Assembly (NCBI RefSeq): GCF_001194135.2
Contig: NC_068982.1
Location: 75,625,534 to 75,689,533 of the forward strand
Origin: Octopus bimaculoides
Lineage: Eukaryota
Direction of reading: 5' to 3'
Length of the DNA: 64,000 nt
In this document: one piece after another, positions 50,423 to 63,636 of the stretch
Layout of the letters: the number at the start of each line of letters is the position of its first letter
How positions within the stretch are numbered: the first letter of the stretch is position 1
Made by a program: the position numbers and the translations under genes
The notes under the pieces: generated by a model
What the model was told of the DNA's origin: nothing
The model's input: only the letters and a program-made list of their open reading frames with translations
The model's database searches: none

Positions 50423-51790
50423 GTTTCAAATTTTGGCACAAGGCCACCAAGTTTGAGTAGCAGGGTAAGTTGATTACATCAACCCCAGTGCTCAACTGGT
50501 ACATATTTTATCAACCCCAAAAGAATGAAAGGTAAAGTTAACCTTAGTGGGATTTGAACTCAGAACTTAAAGACAGAGAAAATACTGCTAAACATTTTGC
50601 TCAACGTGTAAAGATATATGAAATGCTGCTAAGCATCTTGCCTGGTGTGCTAATGATTCTGCCAGCACATCACCTTAATAATTCATTTTAATTTTGACAC
50701 AATATCAGCAATTTGGGAGGTGGTTAATCAATTACATTAACCTCAGTACTTGACAGATACTTTATTTTAATTGACTCTGTAAAGATGAAGGGCAAAGTGG
50801 TCATTATGTGTCCAATCTTCTGTGTAAACGTGCCAGGCCATGGAAAAATATTTATTACCTTACTTGGAAACAAGTGAGTGTTGATGACATGAAGGGCATC
50901 CTAGCAAAGAAAATCTGCTTTAGTGAATTCCATCTGACCTGTTCAAGCATGGGAAAGTGGATGATAAAATGATAATGATAGCAAGTTATTTTGTCTACTA
51001 GTCTAATAAATATACCCATCTACAACCACAATACCAACAGCACTATCAACAATCATAATAATAATAATCCTTTCTACCAGAGGTACAAGGTCTGAAATTC
51101 TGGGGTAGGGGACTAGTCAATTACATCGACCCCAGTGTTTCACTGGTACTTAATCTATCAACCCTGAAAGAATGAAAGGCAAAGTCAACCTTGGCAGCAT
51201 TTGAACTCAGAATGTAACGACGAATGAAATACCGCTAAGCATTTTGCATGGCATGCTAACAATTCTGCCAGCTTGTCACCCTAATCATCATAATAATAAT
51301 AATGGTTTCAAATTTTGGCACAAGGCCAGCAATTTTGGGAAGAGCTTAAGTCAGTTACATTGACCCCAATGCTCATCTGGTACTCATTTTATTGACCCTG
51401 AGAGGATAAAAGGCAAAGTCAACCTCAACAAAATTTGAACTCAGAACATAAAGACAGAAAAAGTCTCACTAAGCATTTTGTTTGGTGTGCTAATGATTCT
51501 GCTAGCTCACCACCTGAATACTAATAATAATTTCTAACATAGGCACAAGACAGGATTTTGAACACAAAATACTTTCTAATTTAGACACAAAGCTAGCAAT
51601 TTTAAAGAGTATGGGTTAGTCTGTAACAATAACCACAGTTCCTGACCAATTTTGTTTTATTTTTCAATCATGAAAGGACAGAAGTAAAAGTTGATCTCAG
51701 AGCAATTTGAACTCAGAACATAGAGAACCTGAAGTAATAATGCAAAGCACTTTGTTCTGACACTCAAATAATTCTGCCAATCAACAACAA
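50423..51790 (-). mobile_element. Cluster of about five same-orientation SINE-B copies separated by (AAT)n tracts
   Basis: Units at ~50423-50680, 50685-50800 (partial), 51068-51283, 51303-51516 and 51530-51785, sharing GGCACAAGG...GATTACATCRACCCCAGT...TTTGAACTCAGAAC...CTAAGCATTTTG...GATTCTGCCAGC. An E-type tail intervenes at ~50810-50985. Confidence 0.8.
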
Positions 51791-51979
51791 ATAAAAACAT
51801 TCAAAAGCAGGCAAATTATTTTGAAGGATTTTTTGCATTAATGCAAACATGTAGGTAATTCATTTATTATTAAATATAACAATATAAATCATTCACATGT
51901 TTTTAAGTTATGAAACAATTTGTCATGATATTAGAATTTTCTTATTGTTAAATAAAATTTCATCACAATATTTCTGTCA

Positions 51980-52010
51980 NNNNNNNNNNNNNNNNNNNNN
52001 NNNNNNNNNN
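51980..52010. other. Assembly gap
   Basis: 31 N. Confidence 0.99.
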
Positions 52011-52859
52011 TATATAAAATCATTATTATCATTTAACTGTTTTGATACCAAGGTGCCTAAGACTGCCTTTGGTCCTATGATACAAACATCCTGCTTCAAA
52101 GTGATCTAAATTAAAGCCTACCATCAAAATTTCATGTTAATTTATGTTCCAAAAACCAGCTTAATAATTACAAAGCTATTTTGCCCAAGCCAGCATGGAA
52201 AACAGATGTTAAATGTTGATGACATGATGATGATGAATTGAAACAAACAGAGTATTTTAACAAAATATGGCAACAAAAGGGTTGTTTGTTCCATGCTGGC
52301 ATGGGTTGGACAGTTTGACAGAATCCAATGGGCCCAAGGACTGCAGTGTCTGTTTTGGTATGGTTTCTATAGTTGGATGCTTTTTGTAAAAGGGCCAGAA
52401 ATTAACATAAATATATGTTAAGTTTCTTTTGAGCATTGGGCCTCATGTAAGCAAGTGGCTGAGTTCCATTCGAGTGTTGGGCCACATGGAGGCAAGTGGC
52501 TGAGTGCCTTTTGAGTATTGGGCCTCATAGAGGCAATGACCAAGACCTTTGGCATTGTGTTGTGCTTGAGAAGAAGACCCATCAAGCCGAGCAAAATCAC
52601 AGTTGTGGCAGGTACCAGTGTCACACAAATGGCACTCATGCTGGTGGCACATAAAAGTGGTGGTCGTTAGGAAGGGCATCTAGCCATAGAAAACTATGCC
52701 AAATCAGATGGGAGCCTGGCACAGCTTTCCAGTGTACCAGCCCAGTCAAACCGTCTAACCCATGCCAGCATGGACAATGAACGTTAAATGATGATGATGA
52801 TGATGATGACACACACATACATGCACATGAAAATAATAAAATACAAGAAAATAACTAAC

Positions 52860-53010
52860 CATTCCGTATGTTCTGCCAATTCATAGTTGCAAAGAATGGA
52901 TGAACAAGCAAGCTCTGGTAATTAAGACGGTATTTTGCTTCAGTCAGCAAGTGTTGGAGCAAATCTACAGCGTCTTTGGAGATCTCACTGGACGGAAACT
53001 TTAGATAATG
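52860..53010 (-). CDS. CIT: CIT-like exon 2 (kinase subdomain XI), 151 nt, phase 0-1
   Basis: Hand translation HYLKFPSSEISKDAVDLLQHLLTEAKYRLNYQSLLVHPFFATMNWQNIRN. Acceptor ttcacag|CAT, donor G|gttagt. Not in the ORF track. Confidence 0.92.
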
Positions 53011-53544
53011 CTGTGAACAGATAATAAAAAAGGAAAAAAAGGGTAAGAAAAAGAAATGCCATTGAAAACCAATGTATAACTATTCAATTGGAGAAAATTA
53101 GAATCTTCAAGACGTACAATATTTTGAGTGGCTTAAACATGCAGCAGGATTGTTAAATTATGCAACAAGTGGGATATAGGCAACAGAAATCTGTATTTGC
53201 TTTGATAATTGCATTATTTTGTTGTAACACTCTTAAAAGTGAAAACAAAACTTTCTCCATTTATTTCAGACAAATAAAATATGTATTGTCAATGTCCATT
53301 TTAAACTGTAAGATAACTATTATTATTGTTGACATGTCAGATGAGGTAAATTAATGGCTGCACTAAATGTACATTTCTAGCATTTCAAATGCTGTCTTAA
53401 TTCAGTAAGGTGCCTGCTGTTAAGGTAAGTAGTTCAATGGAAACTATCTGAAAGTAAAATTAATCAACTTGTCTTCAACATTTCATATTGTGTAAGTGTG
53501 TATGCAGGAATGTCATTGTGGTCGTGGTTGCCGTCGTCGTCATC

Positions 53545-54030
53545 ATCATCCAATCATCGTTTTAATGTTCACTTTTCCAATGCTTGCATGGGCTGAATGG
53601 AGTTTATTGCAGTAGATCTTGCACAAAGGATGCCCTTCCTGTTGTAACCTTCACTTCTTTCCAAGCAAGGATATATTTCCCCCATGTCCAGACAATTTTT
53701 CAGAGAATATTGAAAATGAATGACACCACTTGTATGATAGTAACACTCATTACAATTATTGCACTATGTCCACTCTGTTGGGTGGTTGATATTAGGAAGG
53801 GCATCCAGTCATAAAAACTGCCAAACAGACACAGAAGTCTGGTGCAAGCTCCTGTCAAACTGTTCAACTGGAAAGCGGACATTAAATGATGATGATGGTG
53901 ATGTCAAGTAAATACAAACATATACAAACACATGCAATGGGCTTCTTTCAATTTCCGTCTACCAAATATACTCAGAAGGCTTTGGTTGGCTGAGTTTAGA
54001 GTACTAGACCACATAGCCACACCTGTGCCT
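53545..54030 (-). mobile_element. Composite SINE C+E: tRNA head, (TG)n, middle domain, RTE-like (TGA)n tail
   Basis: (CAT)n-TTTAATGTTCACTTTTCC...CAAGGATATATTTCCCCATG...GGCTTCTTTCAATTTCCGTCTACC. Copies at ~10250-10560, 11278-11560, 18790-19080 (+), 24880-25330, 28045-28460, 45400-45690, 47570-47860 (+), 49530-49925, 58150-58560 (+) and 63720-64000. Confidence 0.7.
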
Positions 54031-55427
54031 ATTTATGTGCGTGTGTGTGTGTGCGTGGCTGTCTAGCCATTCAACTATCTGTACACAAATATGTATGTAT
54101 ACTATGCAAACTGAAGCAAATGGGTTTATCACATTAAAGAAATTAACAACTATTTTGCAGAATGGTATCCAGCTCCAAACCAAAGTTTTACTTGATTTGG
54201 TTAAGTGCTCTGCCACTGCCAACCTGGCAGTTAAATGGCCTTGCCTCCCCACCACCATGTAGCTCTATGGATTATCATCATCATCATCCTTTCAAAGTTA
54301 CCTCTGTAAAATTCCCTTATTTTACTTACATAATGAAGCCAATCTTTGTACTTAGAGGTTTTACACAGCTGCTATGAAGCTAATGGCAGATACACTCCTG
54401 CTCCTAAATCAAGGAAATACATGGTCTATCGCTCATAGTGATATTGTTTGGGCACATCAAATAAACTCATAAGCATTAAGAATAGAGGCTAAGACAAGGT
54501 AGAAGGAAACTCTTTGGTCCAATTGTAGATAGCCTCTGCAGTGGGTTGGAAGAAATAAGCATAAAATAATGAAGATAAACACACATAAATGCATACATAC
54601 ACACACACATACATACACAAACATGTGTGTGTGTGTGTTGGGCTCTATTATAGTTGCAAGCCACAAGTGTTGTTGAGATTTTGATGCCAACAAATCGTCC
54701 ACTCAGTGCCTTCAAAATGGGAGATCCTTTACTTGGAAAACAGGTAGGGGTTAGTGACAGGAAGGACACCTAATTATAAAACAATGACTCAATGATATAC
54801 TTATGTAAATCATGCTAGCATGGAAAAATAGATGTAAAACAATGCACACCCACATACAATATGCATGTGTATACACACATACATATATACACATACATAC
54901 AATTTATCTCCCAGCTGTCTGCTTACTCCCCACTCCTAATACTTTGGAATAAATAGACGTACTAGAATGTCTACCGGCTGATGTGTGTCATTTTTGTATC
55001 CTCTCCATTTTCTTATTTGCTGTATAAATTAAGGGTAAACCACTTTTTACTCCCTGCCCATATATAACATTCAATTGTGAGATTGCCATGCAATAACCAG
55101 CACTTGGGTATAAATAATTGGGCACACTACCNNNNNNNNNNTACTTGGTGACCCTGTCAGTGCAGGTGCCACTTAAAAGCAACCAGTCCACACTAAAGTA
55201 GTTGGTGTTCGGAAGGGCATCCAGCTGTAAAAGCCTTGCCAAAACTGTGCTTGTGCTACATAAAAAGCACTAAGTCCACTCTGCTGAGTGGTTGGTGTTA
55301 GGAAGGGCATCCAGCTGTAAAAATCCTGTGAAAACAGTCACAGAAGTCTGGTGCAGGCTTTTGCCTGGCTGGCTCGTGAAACTGTTCCACTCATGCTAGC
55401 ATGGAAGGCAGACGTTAAACGATGATG

Positions 55428-55974
55428 NNNNNNNNNNNNNNNNNNNNNNNNNNNNNNNNNNNNNNNNNNNNNNNNNNNNNNNNNNNNNNNNNNNNNNNNN
55501 NNNNNNNNNNNNNNNNNNNNNNNNNNNNNNNNNNNNNNNNNNNNNNNNNNNNNNNNNNNNNNNNNNNNNNNNNNNNNNNNNNNNNNNNNNNNNNNNNNNN
55601 NNNNNNNNNNNNNNNNNNNNNNNNNNNNNNNNNNNNNNNNNNNNNNNNNNNNNNNNNNNNNNNNNNNNNNNNNNNNNNNNNNNNNNNNNNNNNNNNNNNN
55701 NNNNNNNNNNNNNNNNNNNNNNNNNNNNNNNNNNNNNNNNNNNNNNNNNNNNNNNNNNNNNNNNNNNNNNNNNNNNNNNNNNNNNNNNNNNNNNNNNNNN
55801 NNNNNNNNNNNNNNNNNNNNNNNNNNNNNNNNNNNNNNNNNNNNNNNNNNNNNNNNNNNNNNNNNNNNNNNNNNNNNNNNNNNNNNNNNNNNNNNNNNNN
55901 NNNNNNNNNNNNNNNNNNNNNNNNNNNNNNNNNNNNNNNNNNNNNNNNNNNNNNNNNNNNNNNNNNNNNNNNNN
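55428..55974. other. Assembly gap between a (GAT)n tail and (TA)n; a 10-N gap also lies at 55132-55141
   Basis: 547 N. Confidence 0.99.
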
Positions 55975-58900
55975 ATATATATATATATATATAGTGGAAG
56001 CTACTCATTATAATCATAGATAATGCTATTGAATAGTTTTTGCTATCTAAACAGCTCTACAATAAGTGGCTCCCACTGTGACTGTATAAACATATTCTCT
56101 CTCTTTCTCCCTCTCTCATACACACACATGCATAGCTCTCTTGACTGCTAGAAATTTTATATGCTTTCTACATGAGAATGAGCAAATACAGTTTCTTTAC
56201 AGGAATGTTCTCCCCAACTCTCACTCTCTGTCTATGAGTCGGTATAGCAATTTCTGTGCGTGTGTATTATTTCTTCAATCACTCTATATCTACCCCTCCT
56301 CTCTCTTTTGAGCTTCAACTGAAAATTTCATTTAGGTGTCTCCTGTACATGACATATTATTCATCATTTTCTCAACAAGATCCCAATGAAGCAACTACTA
56401 TGTTTCAGCAAGCAAAACCATTATCTGTCTCTTTATTATGATGTGTCTCTTTTGACAGTTACAAATTGTATATATTCTATGATGGGACAATATGAAACTG
56501 TAACTCATCACAGGAATGGATGCTAACACCCTCTGGTCACAAGCTGTGTCTTCACAAATTTGATTCCCCATGACTTAAACTAATCTTGATAATGATGAGA
56601 CTTTATGTCATCTTGCTAACTAATCCACCTACTTAATGTGCAGAGCTTCTTTCTGTCAGCTCTCTCCTATCTAGTATTATCTAGTATTATGTAAAGAGCT
56701 TTGTTCCAACTAAATGATCCAAATTCTAAAGCAAACAGGTGGTTAAACACCTTATGATGTACACCTCAAAGGAGATATGGACTCTGCAAGCTGCTGGCAG
56801 GGCAATCTAAAATTCTGCATTGAAAAGATGTGGGACCTGCTAGTTGCAGTTATAAAAGCATTAATTTTACATTAAAAAATGATAAAATGTACAGAGTGAG
56901 GGCTCCTCAGCTCTGACAGATAACCTCTCTAATATAGGCAGCACAATAAATTGCACTCAATCCTTGTGTAACAAAATATGTTAAAAGCAAAGCAGTCAGA
57001 TCAATGAAAAGGCTAACATAGACAATGCTAGTAAAGCACATGACATATGGTAGTGGAGTATCCAAGTTGGATCCTAAAACCGTGTGTAAGAATCCTTTGA
57101 CCATCAAGAAAACTGTATCAATTCTCTGCTTTCCAAATGTTAAACAACCAAACAACATAACCAGAAACTTTCCTTTTCCTGTCTGGGGCAAAGCCTTAGG
57201 GCTAGTATCATCAATGCTGTCAAGATGAAAGATAAATCTGGAGAAATTGTAAAATGCTGAAGTAGAGATGGGTAAATGTGTGTTGTATTTAAGAGGCAAG
57301 ATAGAAGGCAACCTTAGCTAGACACCTCAGAAGCAAGGTACACAGGTACAAATCTTCTGAGTAGGTAACAATGCTGGTGATTGTGGAAAAGAAATGAATT
57401 AACTAACTGAAAAAGTCAGATTATGTGGCAAAATAATGAGGTTTAGGCAGATTTTTGATAAGATGACACCAACAGTAATCTTTGTAAATGTGTCAATATC
57501 AAGACTGATTGATTTACAAAATCGTTTCTATGATAATAGACAACAGTGATCTTGTTATCATGGCTAGTAACTTTAATGGACATGTTAGGTAACATCACGA
57601 TGGTTGTTACAATGTACATGATACATAGAATGAAGGGTTCTGTGACACAGATGACTCAAGGAAACAAGCTAGCCACCTGATTGCCTAACATTCATGAGAG
57701 AAGGCAGGATTATTCCAAACGGACTTAAGAGAGGGACTAATTACTGAAACTGACGCTTATTATATTAGTTGTAATGGCCATTAAAGATATGAAGGCCCTT
57801 TCATTAGCTCACATGACATAATTTTATCAGTGAAGATAAAAACACTGTCAAATATTTCACATGCTTAAAACTGCCAATAAATGAATTAAACTAAAGATGT
57901 TCATCATAGTATTTAATGCATTCAACACAGGAACCTTCATCACAGTGCTTCAGTATTTCCTCTGCCTGTTCTCAAGGAAAAATCTTTTCCTCAAGATATG
58001 ATACATTTTCACTCTATACAAAAAAAAAAAAAATAGGAACAATGTTAACAAGTACCAAGTCATCTTCCTTGGTTTCAAAACACCCTGCCAATGATATTCT
58101 TGGAAGAATTCTTGAAGAATAGTCTTTACTTATTTTGATTTACCAGTAAAATAACTTCTTAACCACACGGAGAAGGTTGAAGAGATAAGTTCATTTGACA
58201 ATCACATGACTTTTTGAGTTCAGTCCCACTGCATAGTAACTTATGCAAGTGTTTTCTATTAACACACTGAGTCAACCAATGCTCTGTAAGTGAATTGAGG
58301 AAACAAAAACTGGTGCAAATGTGTTTGTTGATATTTTGTTTGACACTGAGTGAAGTAGTGCTGATGTCGATATTCTTTGTTGCTGTGCAATTGAAGACTT
58401 GTGGAATATAAAAATCCTTACCCCCACCCAAAAAAAATAAACAGGTGAAAATCGGCAACAGGAACAGCATCCAAATGTAAAATCCTGTCACAAAATCAAT
58501 TCTTACCCAAGCCATACTTGCTTGGAAAAATGAGCATAGAACAAATGACAAATAATGATAAATGAAAGATGTCTATTGAAAATCAGGAGCTTTAGAACTC
58601 ATTCACAACAAAAGTGCTATGTTTTGGAAATCTTGGTCTAGATAAATATGATGAAGAAAGCAGCAATTTGCAAAAGATAACAGCTGAGTATATTTACTAA
58701 CGACCATAACATGAGCAGATTTCCACAATACATCAGTTAAGTAAACTGTCCGACTTTTGTGTACATAGCTGAAATTCAATTGGTAACTTCATCCATCAAA
58801 GCTTGTTAAAGTAATTCTTTATAGAGGCGGGAAGGTTGAAGGGTTTAGGGTCTAATAAAAGAATTCAGAGAAAGACAAAATAAAAATAATGAATGTATAA

Positions 58901-59289
58901 GTGAAAGAAGATGATATGAAAATAGGAAACTATGTGAGAAATCAAGAGAAAGAGCGAGAGAAAGAACATGCAACAGATACATAGATGTCTATCTCTGAGA
59001 GAGGAAGAGAGGATATCTGTGAGAAGGAAAGACTGGTAATGAGGAGAGAGAAAGAAAAGATGGGCATGAGAATGAGACTGGATGTGAGGGAGAGATTGGG
59101 AAGAGAAGGACATATCATCATCATTTAAAATCCATGTTCTATGTTGGCATTGGTTAAACACATACTATTGTTTGTTATGTCAAGTTATATGTAAAATCAA
59201 TTTAACATCAAACTAAAGGATTACGCAATACCTTTTAGTTGACTGCATGTTTATTAAACTCTTATGCAAAAACAGGTCAATAGTGACTT

Positions 59290-60360
59290 TAAACTTTCAG
59301 TTTCCATGTCTATAACAGCCATTGGTATCAGATGTAGTGTGCAAGAGAGAAGACTGCTGGTTTGGTCATATGATGCATATAGATGAGGACAGCTGCATAA
59401 AGTACCAATCATAAAATGTGGACAGAAGCTGTGGAAGTGGGATATCCAGGGAAATACAGGAGTAAGTGGTGAAAAATGACCTCCAGATGTTGAGCTTCAC
59501 TCAACTGAGATAATTTGATGATTTGCTGTGCTTGAGAATGTTGTTTATGTCTATGCCCCTGCACACAATCTGTCCCTGATGAATCTCTCCCTCACAACTC
59601 ATCTTCCAAACTCCTTCTCCCCCACCCATGTTCACAACTCACTGCATTCCTCTCCCAACTTTCTCCTACTGTTTTTGCACTCATGAATTTACCTGTCCGC
59701 TCATCCAGTCCAATCCTCTGTATCCCGTAACTAATATTCACCTCCCTGTAATTTGAGTTTACATCCCGACACATCTTCACCACCACCATCCTCTCTTTAT
59801 CCTCACTTTTCCAACTGGAGTAGCCATGTATTTCCTCTGCAGAATGACAACTATTCTTGTCCTACTGTCATATTTAACCCTCTAGCATTTAAACTGGCCA
59901 TATCTGACCAAAATATTCTACCTGTTTTATGTTCAAACTAGCCAGATCTAAGCTCTCTCACCTACCCTACAATGTCATTGTAAAATAAATAATTACATCA
60001 AAATCTTGAAGCTACAAGATAATACAGGATTAATTCATAACAATGTGAATAAATAAGCATAGCATTTGACAGAGTAATCTGAATGCTAAAGTGTTAATCT
60101 CATCATCCAACACAAAGTCACATTCCTCAATATTACTCCTTGCTTCAATTGAAGAGTTTTATCTTGCAAGTTACTTGGTGACCACACTGTTGCTGGTGCC
60201 ACATAAAAAACACCCGGAACACTCTATAAAGAGATTGGCATTAGGAAGGCAACTATAGAAACCGTGTCAAAGAACAGAGTAGAGATTACCACAGTCTACT
60301 GGTTCAGCAGACCACGTCAAACTGTCCAACCCATATCAGCATGGAAAACAGCATGCCATG
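59290..60360 (+). mobile_element. Old RTE LINE 3' fragment (ORF end and 3' UTR), interrupted by a TTAA MITE
   Basis: VQERRL-WFGHMMHIDEDSC remnant at ~59340-59400, a pyrimidine-rich UTR, then the AAAAAACACCC...CAGCATGGAAA terminus shared with other RTE ends. Confidence 0.6.
59878..60093. mobile_element. piggyBac-like MITE family 1 (216 bp), inserted in an RTE 3' remnant
   Basis: TTAA on both sides; TIRs CCCTCTAGCATT / AATGCTAAAGTG. Related copies at ~48810-49010, 46472-46685 (reverse) and a fragment at ~16690-16750. Confidence 0.72.
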
Positions 60361-61439
60361 ACTGTCTATATGAGACATGTTTGTTCTTTTCAGTTTTTAT
60401 TTCTTTCCTTACCTGCCTTTTCCATAAAAGAGCATATGCTTGACACTTCTAATTTTCCTGAGTTTAAACCTAATACATCCAGTTTGTTTGCATTTTCTTC
60501 ATCTTGTTTTTGTGAGTTTTTTTTTGTACCACACACACACACACATATCATTAAAGAGATAAACAAAATTGGGGGTGGCCATCTCAGCAGTACTTCATGC
60601 AGAGGTCTGACTAGTAAAGTGTTTGTTCAATAACAATGTAAAGGCTACACAAATACTGATATACATCAGCCATTTATTATATGAGCACTCCACGGATTCA
60701 AGGTATGTTTATTAAATAGGTATATAATAATCCTCAAAGAGTGAGTGACAATAATTTTTAATTAAGGAATAGAGAAGTCAAATTAATGTTCCATATGTTT
60801 AGGTGAATGACTGCCATTTATTATGCAACATTTTAGAATAAATTTGGAGCCCATTCACATTCTTCAGATATTTTAAGTTGTGTGTGTGTGCACAGGCGCA
60901 GGTTTGGACATTAGAAGAGAAAGAGATTGGGAATGTCCACTCAATGTAGAGTGGGGAAAAATATGTGAGGCGTTTTCCTATGCTCTAATGATTCTGTCAG
61001 CTTGCTGCCTTAAGGAGCATGGGGAAGATGATCTTGAGAATTGCTCACAGAAGTAGTTGAAGACATTAACAACATTTTCTACTATAGGCACAAAGCCTGA
61101 CAATCTGGAGGAGGGGTGGTCTGATTGCATTGATCTCATTATCCTATTAGTACTTATATTATCAACCCCAAAAGGATGAATGGTAAAGTTGATCTTGGTA
61201 GCACTTGAACACAAAATGTAAAACAGGAAACGTTGCTAAGCATTTTGTCCAGTGTGTCAAATTTTGACACAAGGCCAGTGATTTTACAGTAAGGGCTTAG
61301 TTGATTACATCAACCACAGTACTTGACGGGTACTCTATTTGATCAATCCCAAAAAGATGAAAGGCACAATAAAACTGTCAGCTCACTGCCTTAAAACCAA
61401 CAGTAGCAACAACAACAACATCACCAACCCCACGTACTG

Positions 61440-62590
61440 TGAGAGTATTCAGTAAAGATACTGGAAGGCAGTTTAGGGTAGATAAATGAGCAATGCTAAT
61501 TAAGAAGAGGCTGGAAGGTAAACTCTGATAGCATAACATTGCCACAAGACAACATCATTACATCACTGTGGAAAAATGAGGGATAGAAATACCTAGGAGT
61601 GCTGCAAGACGATAGAATAATGAAAAGAGAAATGAGAAAGTCACTAAAGAGTACAAGAGGAGAATTAGGAAGGTGCTGAAACAAAATTAAATGGAGGTAA
61701 GATTATTAAAGCCATAAATACATGGGGTATGCCAGTATTAAAATACTCTGGTCTCTTTCTGAAATGGACAAAAAGTCAAGCTACAAAAAATGGATAGAAG
61801 AACAAAAGGAACAGAACAAACAAATGGAAAGAAGGGGAATCACATGGCCAATTCATTCAACGAGCCGAGAATGAAAAAGAATGCTGGCTCTGATTGACAG
61901 ATGGGAACTTGAAAGAGACTGAAATGTTGATTTTAGTAATTCAAGAATAAGCCATTAGAACAATATGATAAAGGCAAAGATCAATAAAACTCAGTCAGAC
62001 AGCAAATGTAGAATCAGCAGGAAAAGAGATGAAAGTATTAATCACCTTTCAAGTGAGTGCAGCATACTTGCACAAAAGCTCAGAATTGATTGTGTAGGCA
62101 AAAGAGTGCGTTGGAATGTTAGCTGAGTATGTGGCTTCAAAAACATGATATGAACACTTTTCTGATATAGAAAATGAAGATTACAGGATCTTGTGAGACC
62201 TCTCTATAAAGACTGACCTTACTATTGAACCAAAAAGACTAGATATGATTATAGAGGACAAAAACAATATAAGATCATAGATTTTGAAATTCCTTTTGAT
62301 AGTCAGTATCAAAGAAACTGGAAAACTTGAAAAATATCAGGATTAAGCCAGTGAACTAAGGAGACAGTGGAAGTCCAAGACAACACTTAATCTTGTGGGA
62401 ATTAGTGCAATTGGCACAACACCCAAAATGCTACCTAAAAGACTGAAAAAGATTGGAATTGAAACATGCATTGTTGACCTGCAGGTAAGTACCATCCTAT
62501 ATCCTGCAAGAATCCTAAGGAAGATTCTTGAGATTTGAGGAAACTTGTCACCAAACCTCAAAACCTGCTAACTAAATTAGCATGCACTAG
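61440..62590 (+). mobile_element. 5'-truncated R4/Dong-like non-LTR retrotransposon with restriction-like endonuclease, decayed
   Basis: Remnants YLGVLQDD, KLNGGKIIKAINTWG, HGQF, LKETEMLILVIQE, CCHC-type KCRI...ESINHLSSECSILAQK, KRLDMI, IDFEIPFD, KLEKYQDLASELRRQW...ARILRKILEI*. Clade assigned from remembered motifs. Confidence 0.8.
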
Positions 62591-63034
62591 AAGAACAACA
62601 ACAACAATCCTTTCTACTAAAGGCACAAGGCCTGAAGTTTTATACCAGTACATAACTGATACTTATTTCATTGGCCCCAAAAGGATAAAAAGTGAAGTTG
62701 ACTTTGGCAGAACTTGAACTCCGAACATAAAGACGGATGACATGCTACTAAGCATTTTGCCTGGAGTACTAATGATTCCATCAGCTTGCTGTCTTAATAA
62801 TAATTAAAATAATAATAATAATAATAAAGCAGACCCATGAAAAGAAATAAAAAGGTTCACCTTCCTCTACAAAAAAGAAATGGAAACCTCAAAATGAAAT
62901 AACAAACATAGAACAGCAACACAAGTGGTGTATTATTAGATATGTCAGTGTGAGTACACTATGATTACAAGTTGTGATGTAGACTTCTATGTATGAAAAA
63001 GAGTTGTGACAATTTAAGAAAATTATTCCATTAC

Positions 63035-63244
63035 CTGGTAATTCATAATTTTGTTGTAGGTCACAGATTTTGAATTATCGCTGCTGGAGAATGGAGTGAC
63101 GCCATAAAGCATTTCATAGCCGCACACTCCCAATGACCACCAGTCTACCTCAACACTGTATCGCTGCACACTACTAGCTGTGTTCATCTTTAGTAGTTCT
63201 GGTGCAACATAATCAGGAGTACCAACTGGTATGTGTGAAGACAC
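63035..63244 (-). CDS. CIT: CIT-like kinase, window exon 1 (activation loop to subdomain X), 210 nt, phase 0-0
   Basis: Encodes [18 protein letters not shown]...[22 protein letters not shown]...YNKIMNYQ. Acceptor ttgtag|GTG, donor CAG|gtaatg. The P-[IV]-GTPDY-x-APE loop resembles citron more than ROCK/MRCK (AVGTPDYISPE). Confidence 0.93.
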
Positions 63245-63454
63245 CTACAATCAAATATGAAGGGGAAAAGATTAAAAAAACAAACAAAAACAAATCAAAT
63301 TTCCAATTATATTAAGTAAAAGTCAACACCATTGGTACTTTAGTAATTACTGACTGTCAACCGTTATATTATCATCAACCCTTGGATTTCACTGTCTCAA
63401 GTCCTAAGCCTCAAAGGGATGGTTATGTAGTTTCTGTTGTGTATGAGTGACTGA

Positions 63455-63636
63455 TATAACCTTTCCTCTCAGCAGGACACCAGTCTCTTGCAGAGTCACT
63501 CATCTGCTGCTTAGTGAACTGGAGCAATATGAAATGAAGTGTTTTACTCAAGAATATAACACATCACTTGGTTCAGGAATTGAAACCATGATCTTGTAAT
63601 CATGAGTGAAACACCCTAACCACTAGGCCATAAGCC
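63455..63636 (-). mobile_element. tRNA-derived SINE family F with a V/CORE/Meta-like central domain
   Basis: Minus-strand TGGCCTAGTGGTTAGGGTG...GGTTTCAATTCCTGAACC head, then CTTGAGTAAAACACTTCATTTC...TTGCTCCAGTTCACT. Related copies at ~24005-24200 (+) and 35203-35300 (+). Confidence 0.62.

Noticed and set aside
50423-51790. Regularly recurring ~215-260 bp units that superficially resemble an array or CRISPR-like locus
   Set aside because: Eukaryotic context, long diverged repeats dispersed through the window, and no short identical repeats with unique spacers; these are SINEs.
55415-56017. 190-200 aa ORFs
   Set aside because: Made almost entirely of N-gap positions.
56500-57800. 134-aa minus-strand ORF (56907-57311) and a plus-strand KCVLYLRGK word
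   Set aside because: The ORF has no recognisable domain or splice context; the region may be an old RLE-LINE remnant, but evidence is insufficient.
57961-58020. Candidate extra kinase exon after a poly-T/AG acceptor on the minus strand
   Set aside because: All frames stop quickly (e.g. SENVSYLEEKIFP*), and exon 1 joins exon 2 with no missing kinase residues.
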